Below, in pieces: positions 20,154 to 30,069 of a DNA stretch of 64,000 nucleotides. How positions within the stretch are numbered: the stretch's first letter is position 1; each line of letters opens with the position of its first letter. Source of the stretch: Sulfurospirillum sp. GTDB taxonomy: Bacteria > Campylobacterota > Campylobacteria > Campylobacterales > Sulfurospirillaceae. Below the pieces are notes generated by a model. It saw only the letters and a program-made list of their open reading frames with translations, ran no database searches and was not told the origin of the DNA. Made by a program: the position numbers and the translations under genes. The stretch is taken from NCBI GenBank assembly GCA_045047115.1, contig JASFYR010000022.1, positions 39,405-103,404 of the forward strand, read 5' to 3'.

Positions 20154-21550
20154 AATAAATCTCCAATGATTGATTCTATTACTTTATCCATATACAGGTG
20201 ACCAAATGGCTCTGTTTCTTTATACGGTTTATCTGGTGGTAAAAACTCTTCATATTTATAATCTTCAATATCCCAGGTTTTTTTATCTGGAAATGATGGT
20301 GGCATTTCTCCAGGATATATTTCAACAGGTTTTTTGCTCACACTGTCTATGCCTCTTATGCAAGAAAGTATCTTTCCATTATGCTTTTCTTTAAATGTCT
20401 GGGTGCATTTTACAGCTGCTACTATATGCGTATCAGTCTTCACATGTTTTATATCCATATCTCTTCTTATGTCTTCAACCATGCTGTTTAGCAAGGCAAG
20501 ATAGTTGTTGTGTTGGGTGGAGGCTACCAAGTCTGCTTTTGTAGCCACAAATGAAACTTTGTCTATAGAAGGATTGAAAAACTGGCTTATGAAATTTTTA
20601 TTTTTATGATTATAAAGCAAGAGCATATCTTTTACACCCTCTTTCATATCCTTATAGCACTTAAAACCGTTTTGTAGTGCTTCTATAACATCAATCAGGA
20701 CTATTTGTCTATCAAATTTTCTAAAATGCTCCAATTGGATATTTTTGACTATGTCTTTGATGTATGTTGTGTATCTGTTCTTAAAAGTTTTATAAAGAGG
20801 TGATTTTGACACATAAATAGGTGCAAATAACAGCACAGGGTCATCCACGAGATCCGCTGGCATCAAAAAACGACCAGGAGTAAGTCTGGAGTAGTGTTTT
20901 TTTCTTAAAGCTTTGAGTGCTTGTAGATATACAGTGTGTAATTTATTTTCCAATTCTGCTCCACTGCTTTTATCAGTTAAATAAGTAATGGCTTTAAGAT
21001 ATTCATTTGTTATGTCTTCATCTATCTCTTTTAGCCAGGAGATAGTTTTTTTGCACCATTTGTCATAATCCAGTTTAAGCATAGAAATATCCAGTATCCA
21101 TTCACCGGGATAATCAATAATCTCTACTCTTTTTTTTGAATTTGGCATCACTGAGAATCTGCTTTTGATTTCAAGTTCTATGATGGTGGAAGTGATATTG
21201 TCTGTACCTTTTGGCCATTTTTGATCCTCTTTTATATCTTTTTCAAACTTATAATATTCAAATCTTTTTATAGTAGGTTTTGGTGGCAATAGTTTACTTG
21301 TAAATGGTCTGTGTTTTACAGTAACATTGCCTATTTTTTTTTGATGAATGAGTTGATCTATAAGTGAAGTGATAAATACTGTTTTCCCTGATCTGCTTAG
21401 ACCTGTGATGGCGATCTTTGTTGTATTTGTTGGGGTTGATATGCTGCTTATAGACTTTGTAAATGATTTTGCACTGTTTTCCAGTTTTGCTTTTATGTCT
21501 CTAGTGGATTTTTTTAGCATTTTATGAATCCTTTTATGGCTTAAATCCAA
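20150..21550 (-). CDS. ycjX: YcjX family P-loop NTPase
   Basis: ITGLSRSGKTVFITS, IIDYPGEWILD, PGRFL, FDRQIVL, FVATKAD; start could be ATG 21520. Confidence 0.92.
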   Translation of the reverse strand: MDLSHKRIHKMLKKSTRDIKAKLENSAKSFTKSISSISTPTNTTKIAITGLSRSGKTVFITSLIDQLIHQKKIGNVTVKHRPFTSKLLPPKPTIKRFEYYKFEKDIKEDQKWPKGTDNITSTIIELEIKSRFSVMPNSKKRVEIIDYPGEWILDISMLKLDYDKWCKKTISWLKEIDEDITNEYLKAITYLTDKSSGAELENKLHTVYLQALKALRKKHYSRLTPGRFLMPADLVDDPVLLFAPIYVSKSPLYKTFKNRYTTYIKDIVKNIQLEHFRKFDRQIVLIDVIEALQNGFKCYKDMKEGVKDMLLLYNHKNKNFISQFFNPSIDKVSFVATKADLVASTQHNNYLALLNSMVEDIRRDMDIKHVKTDTHIVAAVKCTQTFKEKHNGKILSCIRGIDSVSKKPVEIYPGEMPPSFPDKKTWDIEDYKYEEFLPPDKPYKETEPFGHLYMDKVIESIIGDLL

Positions 21551-21592
21551 TTTATTATAAATTCTTTTTTTCTTTATTTGTGGTGTTTATAT

Positions 21593-22321
21593 TTAACAAA
21601 TTGATATTCTAAACATCTCCAATGCTCTTTTTAGATCCTCTTTTGTGTCTATGCCAAAGCTTTTGCTTTCTACTCTTATCATGGCTATTTTTTTAGCATG
21701 ATAGATAGCTCGTAGTTGTTCTAGTTTTTCTATGTTTTCCAAGGGCGAGGAGGGTAGGGAGCAAAACTCTCGGAGGGATTTTTTAGTGAAGCCGTATATG
21801 CCTAGATGTCCGAAGTAGGCGTTGTGTTCCTCTCTGTCATAGGGTATCTTGCTTCTTGAAAAGTATATGGCGTAGTCATTTGCATCTGTGATGACCTTGA
21901 CATAGTTTGGGTCTTTTGCCTCTTTTTTACCTATGAGTTTGTAGCAACTTGTCATCATTAAGTCTTCTGCGTTTTGTACTGATTTTGCTACTCTTTGCAT
22001 AATAGCCTGCACAATCTCCGGCTCTAAAAAGGGCTCATCAGCTTGAACATTGATGATAATTTCATCTTCATTTAGATCTAGTTTGTTGGCGGCTTCATTT
22101 ATCCTGTCTGTTCCGCTGTTGTGTTCACTGCTGGTCATAACAGCTTCAAAGTCATAGTCTTTTGCCAGGTTTACTATCTCTTGGGAGTCCGTTGCTATAG
22201 CTACTTTATCTATGTTTGAGACTGCTCTTGCGGTAGCTATGACCATTGGATAACCATTTATGTTTGCCAAAACCTTTTTTGGAAATCTATTTGATGCAAT
22301 TCTTGCCGGTATGATTATCAT
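21593..22321 (-). CDS. kdsB: 3-deoxy-manno-octulosonate cytidylyltransferase
   Basis: IIPARIASNRFPKK, SGTDR, NVQADEP, YFSRS, EKLEQLRA. Confidence 0.96.
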   Translation of the reverse strand: MIIIPARIASNRFPKKVLANINGYPMVIATARAVSNIDKVAIATDSQEIVNLAKDYDFEAVMTSSEHNSGTDRINEAANKLDLNEDEIIINVQADEPFLEPEIVQAIMQRVAKSVQNAEDLMMTSCYKLIGKKEAKDPNYVKVITDANDYAIYFSRSKIPYDREEHNAYFGHLGIYGFTKKSLREFCSLPSSPLENIEKLEQLRAIYHAKKIAMIRVESKSFGIDTKEDLKRALEMFRISIC

Positions 22322-22323
22322 CT

Positions 22324-23793
22324 TTAAGCCTTGATAAAGTCTAAAATCTGTTTTTCTATCTCTTGTTTGTCAATTATTTGGCTATGTATAACATTTTTAT
22401 TAAAGAGTATGCTTATACTTTCTGGTACCTCTACATGTAAAGCTTTACTAAACTCCTTTAGCGCTATCTCATCACTATATATCTTTTTATCACTGTTTAA
22501 CGAATTTAGCATAGTAGGGGCAAATTTTGTCCATTGTGCGGTTGAGCAGGCGATAGAAGGGAGGTTTAAAGTTCTTAATTTTTCATAAGCATTAAGGGTT
22601 GTAGCGGTGTGTGGATCCATAATATAGCCTTTATCGGTATACTTTTTGATAGTTTGTTTGGCAAACACATCATCACAGTAGATTGCATCAAAGTCCTCTC
22701 TCAGACTCTCCAGCTCACTTTTACTTAGCTTGTAAAACTTTTTCTCTCTCAGGTTGTCCATCAACTCTTTGCACCTTTTTGCTCCAAATTTATCATACAG
22801 AACTCTTTCTACATTTGAAGAGATGAGTATATCCATAGCAGGTGAAGTTGTCTTTAGAAGCTTTCTGTTTCGCAAATCATAAACGCCTTTATTTATCAAA
22901 TCACTCAAAATATTGTTGATATTTGAGGCTATAAGGATTTTTTTGATAGGTAATCCCATCTTTTTTGCGTAATATGCCCCTAGGGCATTTCCAAAGTTTC
23001 CACTAGGCACTATAGAATAAAACTCATCAACCTTTCTCTCTTTTAAGAGTGAGATATAACCATAGATATGATATATAATTTGAAATATAATTCTTCCAAA
23101 ATTGACCGAATTTGCAGCACTTAGTTTAACATTTTGAATTTGTAGTTCATCTTTAAATGTTGGTGATGCCAGTAGAGTTTTTAGTGCATTTTGGGCATCA
23201 TCAAAGTTTCCTATAATTCCCAGCACTTTGAGATTTTTTCCGTTCTGCGTTGTCATTTGCAGTCTTTGAACATCACTCGTGCCGCCATCCGGATACATAC
23301 AGACTACTTTTATATTCTCTTTGTTTGCAAATGTATCCAGTGTAGCCGGACCTGTGTCACCACTTGTTGCAGCCAGTATCAGATAGTTTTGCTTCTGTTT
23401 TTTTGCCAAATCTGAGAGTATGTAACCAAAAGGCTGAAGTGCCATATCTTTAAAAGCTTTTGTAGGTCCGTGATAGAGTTCATTGATGTAGAGGTTATTT
23501 TCTATCTTTGTCAAAGGCACAGGATTTTTTGGATTTTCAAATCTGTCATATAGAGCCAAAGCCTTATCTATAACATCATTATCTATATCTATATTAAACT
23601 TTGAGAGCAGATCTTTTGAAAATTCCTTATAATTCTTGTTTTTTGCATTTTCAAAGAAGTTTTTATCTAGTTTTGGCAACTCCTTTGGCGCATAAAGTCC
23701 GCCAAAGCTGGCTATCGGATTTAAAATTGCATAAGAAAATTCTACCTCTTTTGGTTTTTGTCCATCATTTCCTCTGGTTTCTATAAATTTCAT
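22324..23793 (-). CDS. thrC: Threonine synthase
   Basis: ELYHGPTKAFKDMA, ATSGDTG, ANSVNFGR, VPSGNFGN, SPAMDIL. Confidence 0.96.
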   Translation of the reverse strand: MKFIETRGNDGQKPKEVEFSYAILNPIASFGGLYAPKELPKLDKNFFENAKNKNYKEFSKDLLSKFNIDIDNDVIDKALALYDRFENPKNPVPLTKIENNLYINELYHGPTKAFKDMALQPFGYILSDLAKKQKQNYLILAATSGDTGPATLDTFANKENIKVVCMYPDGGTSDVQRLQMTTQNGKNLKVLGIIGNFDDAQNALKTLLASPTFKDELQIQNVKLSAANSVNFGRIIFQIIYHIYGYISLLKERKVDEFYSIVPSGNFGNALGAYYAKKMGLPIKKILIASNINNILSDLINKGVYDLRNRKLLKTTSPAMDILISSNVERVLYDKFGAKRCKELMDNLREKKFYKLSKSELESLREDFDAIYCDDVFAKQTIKKYTDKGYIMDPHTATTLNAYEKLRTLNLPSIACSTAQWTKFAPTMLNSLNSDKKIYSDEIALKEFSKALHVEVPESISILFNKNVIHSQIIDKQEIEKQILDFIKA

Positions 23794-24635
23794 TTTATCT
23801 TTGTTCCTATTCCATCTTTTGTAAATATCTCCAGTAGTATAGAGTGTTCAACTCTGCCATCTATGATGTGGGCACTCCCAACTCCGCCATCAAGCGCATT
23901 GAAACAGGCATCAGTCTTTGGTATCATGCCGCCGTTTATGATATTTTTGTTTTTTAATATGGTAATCTCATCCTTGTTTAGGGTAGATATCAACTCTTTA
24001 TTTCCGTCCAATATACCTGGTGTGTCAGTAAGAAAAACAATCTTTTCAGCATTTAGAGCAACAGCAATTTTGCTGGCAGCCAAATCAGCATTGATATTGA
24101 ATCCCGGATGATTTGTGCCACCACTTGCGATTGGAGCGATGACTGGGATAAAATTTTGGGCTACCAAGTCTTCCACTACCTTTTGATCTATTCTTGTGAT
24201 TTCTCCAACAAGTCCGTATTTGTCGCTATTTAGTGCTTTGGCTTCTATGAAATTTGCGTCTTTTCCTGTGATTCCGATAGCCTTTGCACCGTGATAATTT
24301 AGCAGATTTGTTATCTCTTTATTGATATTTCCACCAAGCACCATCTCTACTACTTCCATCACACTCTCGCTTGTGACTCTCAGTCCATCAACAAATTCGC
24401 TTTTCACCTCTAGTTTGTCCAGTAGATTGTTGATTTTTTTGCCACCTCCGTGTATGATGACAGGTTTTATGCCAACAAGATATAAAAGAACTATATCTTG
24501 TGCAAATTTCTCTTTTAACTCAGGATTTTCCTGAGCCGAGCCTCCATATTTTATGACAACAGTTTTTTTGTTGAAATATTTTATATACGGCAGAGCATCC
24601 ATGAGTGTTCTGGCTTGTTGTATCTTTTGTTTGAT
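23790..24635 (-). CDS. argB: Acetylglutamate kinase (true start probably ATC at 24635; first ATG at 24602)
   Basis: ALPYI...VIKYGG, IHGGG, GLRVT, NINAD, GGMIPK, HIIDGR...LLEIFT. Confidence 0.95.
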   Translation of the reverse strand: MKQKIQQARTLMDALPYIKYFNKKTVVIKYGGSAQENPELKEKFAQDIVLLYLVGIKPVIIHGGGKKINNLLDKLEVKSEFVDGLRVTSESVMEVVEMVLGGNINKEITNLLNYHGAKAIGITGKDANFIEAKALNSDKYGLVGEITRIDQKVVEDLVAQNFIPVIAPIASGGTNHPGFNINADLAASKIAVALNAEKIVFLTDTPGILDGNKELISTLNKDEITILKNKNIINGGMIPKTDACFNALDGGVGSAHIIDGRVEHSILLEIFTKDGIGTKIK

Positions 24636-24668
24636 GTTATGCTCCTTTGGAGTGATTATATATAAATT

Positions 24669-25601
24669 TTATCTAAAATTGGCTAAAAAAGTGTTTATTT
24701 TTTCTTTTATCTCTGGTTTGAGCTCTAGTTTTAACTCCATTACGGAGAGATTTAAGCCAAAGTTATCCATCTTCACAGCATCTTTTTGTGTAGTTAATAT
24801 TGATGTTGCATTGTACTTTTGCACTAAAGAGTTCAACTCCTCTTTTGTAAAACAGTGATGATCTTCAAAGTAGATTTTTTTAATTAAATTTTTTGGTAAA
24901 TAAATATCTAATCTTTGTGGTTTTGATATACCGGTAATCAGGAGCATATTTTCAGTCGGGTTTTTTATCTTTACAACTCTTTTAAAATCTATATCTTCTT
25001 TTGCTACTAAATCAGCTGTTGCATATAGACTTTTAGGCTCTCTATAGGATCCACTAGGCAGACAAAACGGCAAAGTAGGCTCACTGTAGGGTTTTATGAG
25101 TATGTCAAATTTTTTTATATAAGCTTTGCTAAAAGCATCATCCAGGAATATGACTCTACATGTAAGGGATTTTGCATACTCTATAGCTTTTATTCTGTTT
25201 TCACTAACTATGACAGCAGCATTAGGAAGTGATTTGGCGCAAAGCATAGCTTCATCTCCACTTTGGCTCACATCGCATAAGATTTTCCCAAATTTTGAAA
25301 CAAGAACCAGGCCTTTGCTGGCGCGTTTATACCCTCTTAGGATTATCGCACAATTGTCTATATCTTTTGCCAACTCTATAGTCAAAGGAGTTTTTCCACT
25401 CCCTCCAAGAGTCAGGTTTCCCACACTTATAATGGGAGTTTTAAAATCTCTTTTTTTGGAAAAAACTCTTTTTGAGATAACAACGATACAATATAAAAAA
25501 GTAAGGGGAAGAAGAAAAAATGACAGTAAAAACTGTAAAAAAGTTTTTGGGTAGAAGAGATACTCCTCTACCCAAGATATCAATGAGGCTTTATCAAACA
25601 C
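24669..25601 (-). CDS. lpxK: Tetraacyldisaccharide 4'-kinase
   Basis: ISVGNLTLGGSGKTP, LRGY, GDEA, LDDAF, FEDHH, TTQKDAVK. Confidence 0.95.
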   Translation of the reverse strand: MFDKASLISWVEEYLFYPKTFLQFLLSFFLLPLTFLYCIVVISKRVFSKKRDFKTPIISVGNLTLGGSGKTPLTIELAKDIDNCAIILRGYKRASKGLVLVSKFGKILCDVSQSGDEAMLCAKSLPNAAVIVSENRIKAIEYAKSLTCRVIFLDDAFSKAYIKKFDILIKPYSEPTLPFCLPSGSYREPKSLYATADLVAKEDIDFKRVVKIKNPTENMLLITGISKPQRLDIYLPKNLIKKIYFEDHHCFTKEELNSLVQKYNATSILTTQKDAVKMDNFGLNLSVMELKLELKPEIKEKINTFLANFR

Positions 25602-26739
25602 GGGTTTTGGAGATTGCTTTTATCTGGTCGCAGATGTAGTATACATCTTTGTCGCTAAGGCTGGGATATATAGGTAAAGAGAGAATTTTTTGGTAGTTAT
25701 TTAGGGCATTTGGAAAGTCATTTACTCTCATATTATATTTTTTCCTGTAGTATGTCAAAAGATGAATTGGTATGTAGTGAAGTGCTGTATTTATACCTTT
25801 TTCTTTCATTTCTCTTGCAAAACTGTCTCTGTTTTTGTCAACTTTTATGATGTATTGACTAAATATATGCTCTCTTTTTTCAGCAGGAGTACTTACATGT
25901 TTGCACTCTTTTAGCTCTTCATCATATATCTTTGCTATCTGTTGCCTTCTTCTTATGAATTGATCGTTTTTTTCCAACTGCCCCAGAGCATAAGCAGCAT
26001 TTAGTTCATTCATATCGTATTTCAAACCTATGTCTATGACATCATAAACATAGCCTAGGTTTCCGTAAGCATCCCATCCGTCATTTATGATGGCATGATT
26101 TCTCAGTAGTGAGGCTCTGTCTTTTAAGTTTTCGTTATTTGTAGTAAGTATTCCACCGCTTGCAACTGCATGTTTCATCTGAGGTGAAAATCTAAATGTA
26201 GTTATGTCTGCTTTGAGTCCTCCGATTTTAGCACCGTTAAAAGTGGCTCCAAGTGCTTCAGAAGCATCTTCGACTATTTTTATGTCATATAGTTTTGCTA
26301 TTTTGTACAGTCTGTCCAACTGAGTTGGTTGACCTGCTATATGGTTGATAAAAGCACCTTTTAATTTTTTGCTTCTGTTTTGCTCAAGAAGTTTTTCAAA
26401 CGCATCTAAATCTATATTGAAATCATCTTCGTCTATGTCTATAAAGATAGGTTCTGCATCAAAATGCCTGATGACTTCTGCAACCGATGGAAAAGAGTTT
26501 ACAGAGCAGATGATTTTGTCACCTCTCTTGAGATCAAGCGCACACATAGCAAGGTGCATAGCAGAAGTACCGTTATTTGTAGAGATAGCATATTTACTGT
26601 CTACGTATTTGCTAAAATCCTCTTCGAGTTTCTCAACTTTATTTGCTTTTTTTAACTCTAAAACTTCATTTATATAGTCTTTCTCTCTTTTGTCCAGATA
26701 GGGCTTGTAAAACGGTATCTCTTTTTTGCTTGCATTCAT
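25594..26739 (-). CDS. DegT/DnrJ/EryC1/StrS aminotransferase family protein
   Basis: NGTSAMHLA, IVEDASEALGA, GLKYDMNELNAA, LSLPIYP. Confidence 0.9.
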   Translation of the reverse strand: MNASKKEIPFYKPYLDKREKDYINEVLELKKANKVEKLEEDFSKYVDSKYAISTNNGTSAMHLAMCALDLKRGDKIICSVNSFPSVAEVIRHFDAEPIFIDIDEDDFNIDLDAFEKLLEQNRSKKLKGAFINHIAGQPTQLDRLYKIAKLYDIKIVEDASEALGATFNGAKIGGLKADITTFRFSPQMKHAVASGGILTTNNENLKDRASLLRNHAIINDGWDAYGNLGYVYDVIDIGLKYDMNELNAAYALGQLEKNDQFIRRRQQIAKIYDEELKECKHVSTPAEKREHIFSQYIIKVDKNRDSFAREMKEKGINTALHYIPIHLLTYYRKKYNMRVNDFPNALNNYQKILSLPIYPSLSDKDVYYICDQIKAISKTRV

Positions 26740-26756
26740 ACTGTTTATCCTCTTTT

Positions 26757-27560
26757 TTATAGTTTTATATCTCTGGCATATAGAAAATCGTGTCCGATTG
26801 TCCTATGGCTGATTTTTGCTATTATTGGTAGTTTTCTTTTAAATTGATTTTTGTATATTTTGTTTTTTATCAGTGATATGAGTTTTTGCTCAAAACCTGC
26901 TTTTAACATCTCATCTTCATTCATTCTGTCATCAACAAATGCTTTTAAAGCTTTGTCGATAACCGCATAGGTGTATCCTAGATCCTCTTCATCACTCTGT
27001 CCTTCCCATAGGTCGGCAGATGGTGGTTTTGAGATTATCTCTTTTGGTACTCCAAGGTATCTTGCAAATTCAAAGATTTGTGATTTATATAGGTCTCCTA
27101 TCGGATTTAATGCACTTGCCAGATCTCCAAAAAGTGTACCGTAGCCCAAAAGAAGTTCACTTTTGTTACTAGTGCCTAAAACCAGAGCACCCTCTCTCGC
27201 AGATATATCGTAAAGCACAGACATCCTGACTCTCGCACTAAAATTTCCAACCCTGAGATTATTTGCATTGCTGTTTTTAAAATATACTTCGAGTAGAGGA
27301 GCTATTGAAATCTGTTCAAATTTTATATCAAATTTTTTACACAGTTCAAGTGCATCATCGAGGCTGTTTTGGCTGGAGTATGAAGATGGCATCATGATAC
27401 CTAAGACATTTTGCTTGAAAGCTTTTTTGGCAAGAATTGCTACAACTGCCGAGTCTATACCGCCACTTATGCCAAGAACGACATTTTTCAAACCACTCTT
27501 GTATACCTCATCTTGCAAAAATTTGATAAGGTAAGATTCGATAAGTCGGTACTTTTGCAA
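26757..27560 (-). CDS. nadE: NH3-dependent NAD+ synthetase
   Basis: LGISGGIDSAV, GNFSARVRM, GTSNKSE, GDLYK, KPPSADLWEGQSDE. Confidence 0.96.
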   Translation of the reverse strand: MQKYRLIESYLIKFLQDEVYKSGLKNVVLGISGGIDSAVVAILAKKAFKQNVLGIMMPSSYSSQNSLDDALELCKKFDIKFEQISIAPLLEVYFKNSNANNLRVGNFSARVRMSVLYDISAREGALVLGTSNKSELLLGYGTLFGDLASALNPIGDLYKSQIFEFARYLGVPKEIISKPPSADLWEGQSDEEDLGYTYAVIDKALKAFVDDRMNEDEMLKAGFEQKLISLIKNKIYKNQFKRKLPIIAKISHRTIGHDFLYARDIKL

Positions 27561-27677
27561 AAATTATCCCTCTTTTGTTTTGAGTTCCAATATTATACTA
27601 AAGAAATCATTAATTAATTCTTTTAAATCTAATTAAAACTTTTAAGGTTTAAATTATTTTGTTATTATATTATCACA

Positions 27678-27707
27678 TTATGAGACCACTGCTCAGTAGT
27701 CTCATAA
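27678..27707. repeat. REP-like palindrome, copy 1 (short-loop variant)
   Basis: TTATGAGACCACTGCTCAGTAGTCTCATAA; shares TTATGAGACCACT with the copy at 40939. Confidence 0.7.
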
Positions 27708-27727
27708 AATAAAAATCAGAGGTAGAT

Positions 27728-28324
27728 ATGATAGAAATCAAGCAAAAACCTTGCGGAATGTATATGACCAATTGCTATATAGTTAAAGTTGACGACAAAG
27801 AGTTTGTCATCGATCCGGGTATTGATGCCGCCGAGTGGGTAAAAGAAAATGTAAAAAACCCTGTAGCCATTTTAAATACTCATGGACATTTTGATCATGT
27901 CTGGAGTAATGCAGAATTAAAAGAGAAGTATAATATACCTATATACACACCAAAGAGTGATGTTTTTATGCTTCTGGATGATCCTTTCTCTCAAGGCACT
28001 CCGCCAAGCACTCCTGATGTTGAAGTGGTTGGAGATGAAAAGTTTAATTTTGGTGCAATAGAGGTAAAATACTTTCTATTCCCAGGCCACACTCCCGGAA
28101 GCAGTGCTATTTTGATAGATGATGTACTCTTTAGCGGGGATTTTATCTTTAAAAATTCTATAGGGAGAGTTGACTTTCCATACAGTAATCCAAGCGATAT
28201 GAAAAAATCTATAGACAAGTTTCTAAAGATAAAAGAAAATTACAGGATTTTCCCAGGACACGGAGAGAGTACAACTGTTTTTGAGGAGCAAAAGACTCTG
28301 CCAGTATGGCTAAATTATATTTAA
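27728..28324 (+). CDS. Metallo-beta-lactamase-fold hydrolase (glyoxalase II-like)
   Basis: THGHFDH, PGHTPG, FSGD, PGHG motifs. Confidence 0.93.
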   Translation: MIEIKQKPCGMYMTNCYIVKVDDKEFVIDPGIDAAEWVKENVKNPVAILNTHGHFDHVWSNAELKEKYNIPIYTPKSDVFMLLDDPFSQGTPPSTPDVEVVGDEKFNFGAIEVKYFLFPGHTPGSSAILIDDVLFSGDFIFKNSIGRVDFPYSNPSDMKKSIDKFLKIKENYRIFPGHGESTTVFEEQKTLPVWLNYI

Positions 28325-28357
28325 GAGACCACTCCATTGTGCAGGTGGTCTCTTAAA
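28320..28357. repeat. REP-like palindrome, copy 2
   Basis: TTTAAGAGACCAC-TCCATTGTGCAG-GTGGTCTCTTAAA, 13-bp perfect arms, between convergent genes. Confidence 0.8.
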
Positions 28358-28360
28358 GGT

Positions 28361-28915
28361 TTATCTTGCGTGGTAGTTTTTGTTGATGTTTTTTAGTTTA
28401 GTTTTCAAAATGTGATTTTCAAGTACTACAGCCTGATAAGTGCCTTCAAATATTTTGATTTCATTTATCTCGCCAATGACTTTGACTTCTCTTTTTCTGG
28501 AATCTTCAAATTTTGCTTTCGCATCAAACTCTATCAAATCACCATTTTTGGCAGGTGCCAGAAACTTGGTTTTGGATGATATGATTACAAGATTTTCTTC
28601 GTTTATGGCAGAAACAGCGGCGTATTCGGCAGCCCCAAAGATAAATCCGCTATGTATGAGTCCTAGTGTGTCCACGCTCATGTCATTTGTTGTTTGAAGT
28701 GTTGTTTTAGAGTGTCCTTTTTCCAGAAAAATAACATTCCCGCAAAGACTTTTTTTGATTTTTTGATGAGTATTTAAATTCTCCTCATCCTCTATATGGT
28801 TGTTTTCATCAAATATATTCTCTTCTTCATCGTTTATGTCTTCGCTAAAATCTTCTTCTTGTGATGATAATTTTTCTATCTCTTCATGGGCTAAATTTTT
28901 AGCACTCTTTGCCAT
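28361..28915 (-). CDS. Hotdog-fold/PaaI thioesterase-like protein (Cj0977-like) with acidic N-terminus
   Basis: GLIHSGFIFGAAEYAA, KFLAP motifs; downstream of cmoB; sigma28 promoter upstream. Confidence 0.85.
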   Translation of the reverse strand: MAKSAKNLAHEEIEKLSSQEEDFSEDINDEEENIFDENNHIEDEENLNTHQKIKKSLCGNVIFLEKGHSKTTLQTTNDMSVDTLGLIHSGFIFGAAEYAAVSAINEENLVIISSKTKFLAPAKNGDLIEFDAKAKFEDSRKREVKVIGEINEIKIFEGTYQAVVLENHILKTKLKNINKNYHAR

Positions 28916-28936
28916 TTTTATTTCCTTTTGGATAAT

Positions 28937-28963
28937 ATATCGGTCAATTACTTTCTAAGTTTA
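28937..28963 (-). promoter_or_regulatory. Sigma28 (FliA) promoter
   Basis: Minus strand reads TAAA-N15-ACCGATAT versus consensus TAAA-N15-GCCGATAA, followed by AAGGA RBS and ATG 28915. Confidence 0.75.
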
Positions 28964-29847
28964 ACATAAACTCTTTTTGGTGAAGGGTAACCCTCTATCG
29001 TCAATGTTTTATCGTTTGGATCTAAGAAATTTTCCAAACTTTCACCCTGTATCCATTTTGTCTTTCTTTGTTCGTTTAAATCGGTCTTTTTTATCTCTAA
29101 AATTTCAAAGGATTTGAATTTTGCCCTTTTGCACCAATTTTCAAGTGCCGGTATGGTAGGCACAAAATATACATTTGGAATTTTGGAGTATCTATCCTGT
29201 GGAGTCAGCACATAAGGCTCATCCCCGTCAATCATAAAAGTATCAAGTATCACATATCCGTTATCATTCAATCCATTTTTTAGGGCTTTGAGAGCATTTA
29301 TAGGGTCACTTCTGTGGTATAAAACACCCAGACAAAATATGACATCAAATTTATTTTCATAAAAAGGAAGATGCTCTATCCCCAAAAGTTCAAACTCTAT
29401 GGGCGCATCTAAAAAATGGTTTATAAAATCAAACTGTGTTTTGCAGTGGATAGATGGGTCAAAGCCCACAAGTTTTTTTGGTTGAAGTTCAAGCATTCTG
29501 AAAAGATAGTAACCGTTGTTGCACCCGATATCTGCAACACACTTGTCTTTAAGGTCAAAATGTGGCTCAAGCAGATTATATTTTATGTAGCTTTTCCATT
29601 CGCTGTCTATGAAAGTGTCAAAGAGATCAAATGGACCTTTTCTCCATGGTCTAAGCTCCCAGGCCAAAGCATTTACATCGTTTAAAGTCTGTTTGCTTAT
29701 CTCTTTTGAGGAAATTTTTATGCAGTCTTTGAGTGAATATTTTATATCTTTGATTTCAGGGATATTTTGCAGAGATTTTCTTAGAGTTTTTACATTTTTC
29801 CACTCTTGCCACTTGAGTCTCAGGGCTCTGATTTTTTTCAAATCCAT
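28948..29847 (-). CDS. cmoB: tRNA 5-methoxyuridine(34)/uridine 5-oxyacetic acid(34) synthase
   Basis: [52 protein letters not shown]. Confidence 0.95.
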   Translation of the reverse strand: MDLKKIRALRLKWQEWKNVKTLRKSLQNIPEIKDIKYSLKDCIKISSKEISKQTLNDVNALAWELRPWRKGPFDLFDTFIDSEWKSYIKYNLLEPHFDLKDKCVADIGCNNGYYLFRMLELQPKKLVGFDPSIHCKTQFDFINHFLDAPIEFELLGIEHLPFYENKFDVIFCLGVLYHRSDPINALKALKNGLNDNGYVILDTFMIDGDEPYVLTPQDRYSKIPNVYFVPTIPALENWCKRAKFKSFEILEIKKTDLNEQRKTKWIQGESLENFLDPNDKTLTIEGYPSPKRVYVKLRK

Positions 29848-30069
29848 CTAATTAGTAGCTGCTTTTTTAGTTTCGTTGTAGATTTTTTTGATACCATTAT
29901 TTACATCTTTGAATTCTACTATGTTCTTTTTGCAATCCTTATGATAGATACCCATAGAGTCATAGTACTCATGGCAACCATTATAGTAATTTTCAGATAT
30001 ACCCCTGTCGTTGACATATAAGCAACCGCTAAAAAGAATGGGAAAGATAAACATTAATAATATTTTCAT
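29848..30069 (-). CDS. Small hypothetical lipoprotein
   Basis: Lipobox LFSGC; abuts cmoB start; CHEYYDSMG..HKDC segment. Confidence 0.75.
   Translation of the reverse strand: MKILLMFIFPILFSGCLYVNDRGISENYYNGCHEYYDSMGIYHKDCKKNIVEFKDVNNGIKKIYNETKKAATN

Noticed and set aside
27678..28357. MBL hydrolase flanked by two palindromes as a possible mobile cassette, integron or CRISPR-like unit
   Set aside because: The gene is a usual neighbour of nadE in this lineage; there is no integrase, cas gene or regular spacing, so independent repeat insertions are the simpler explanation.
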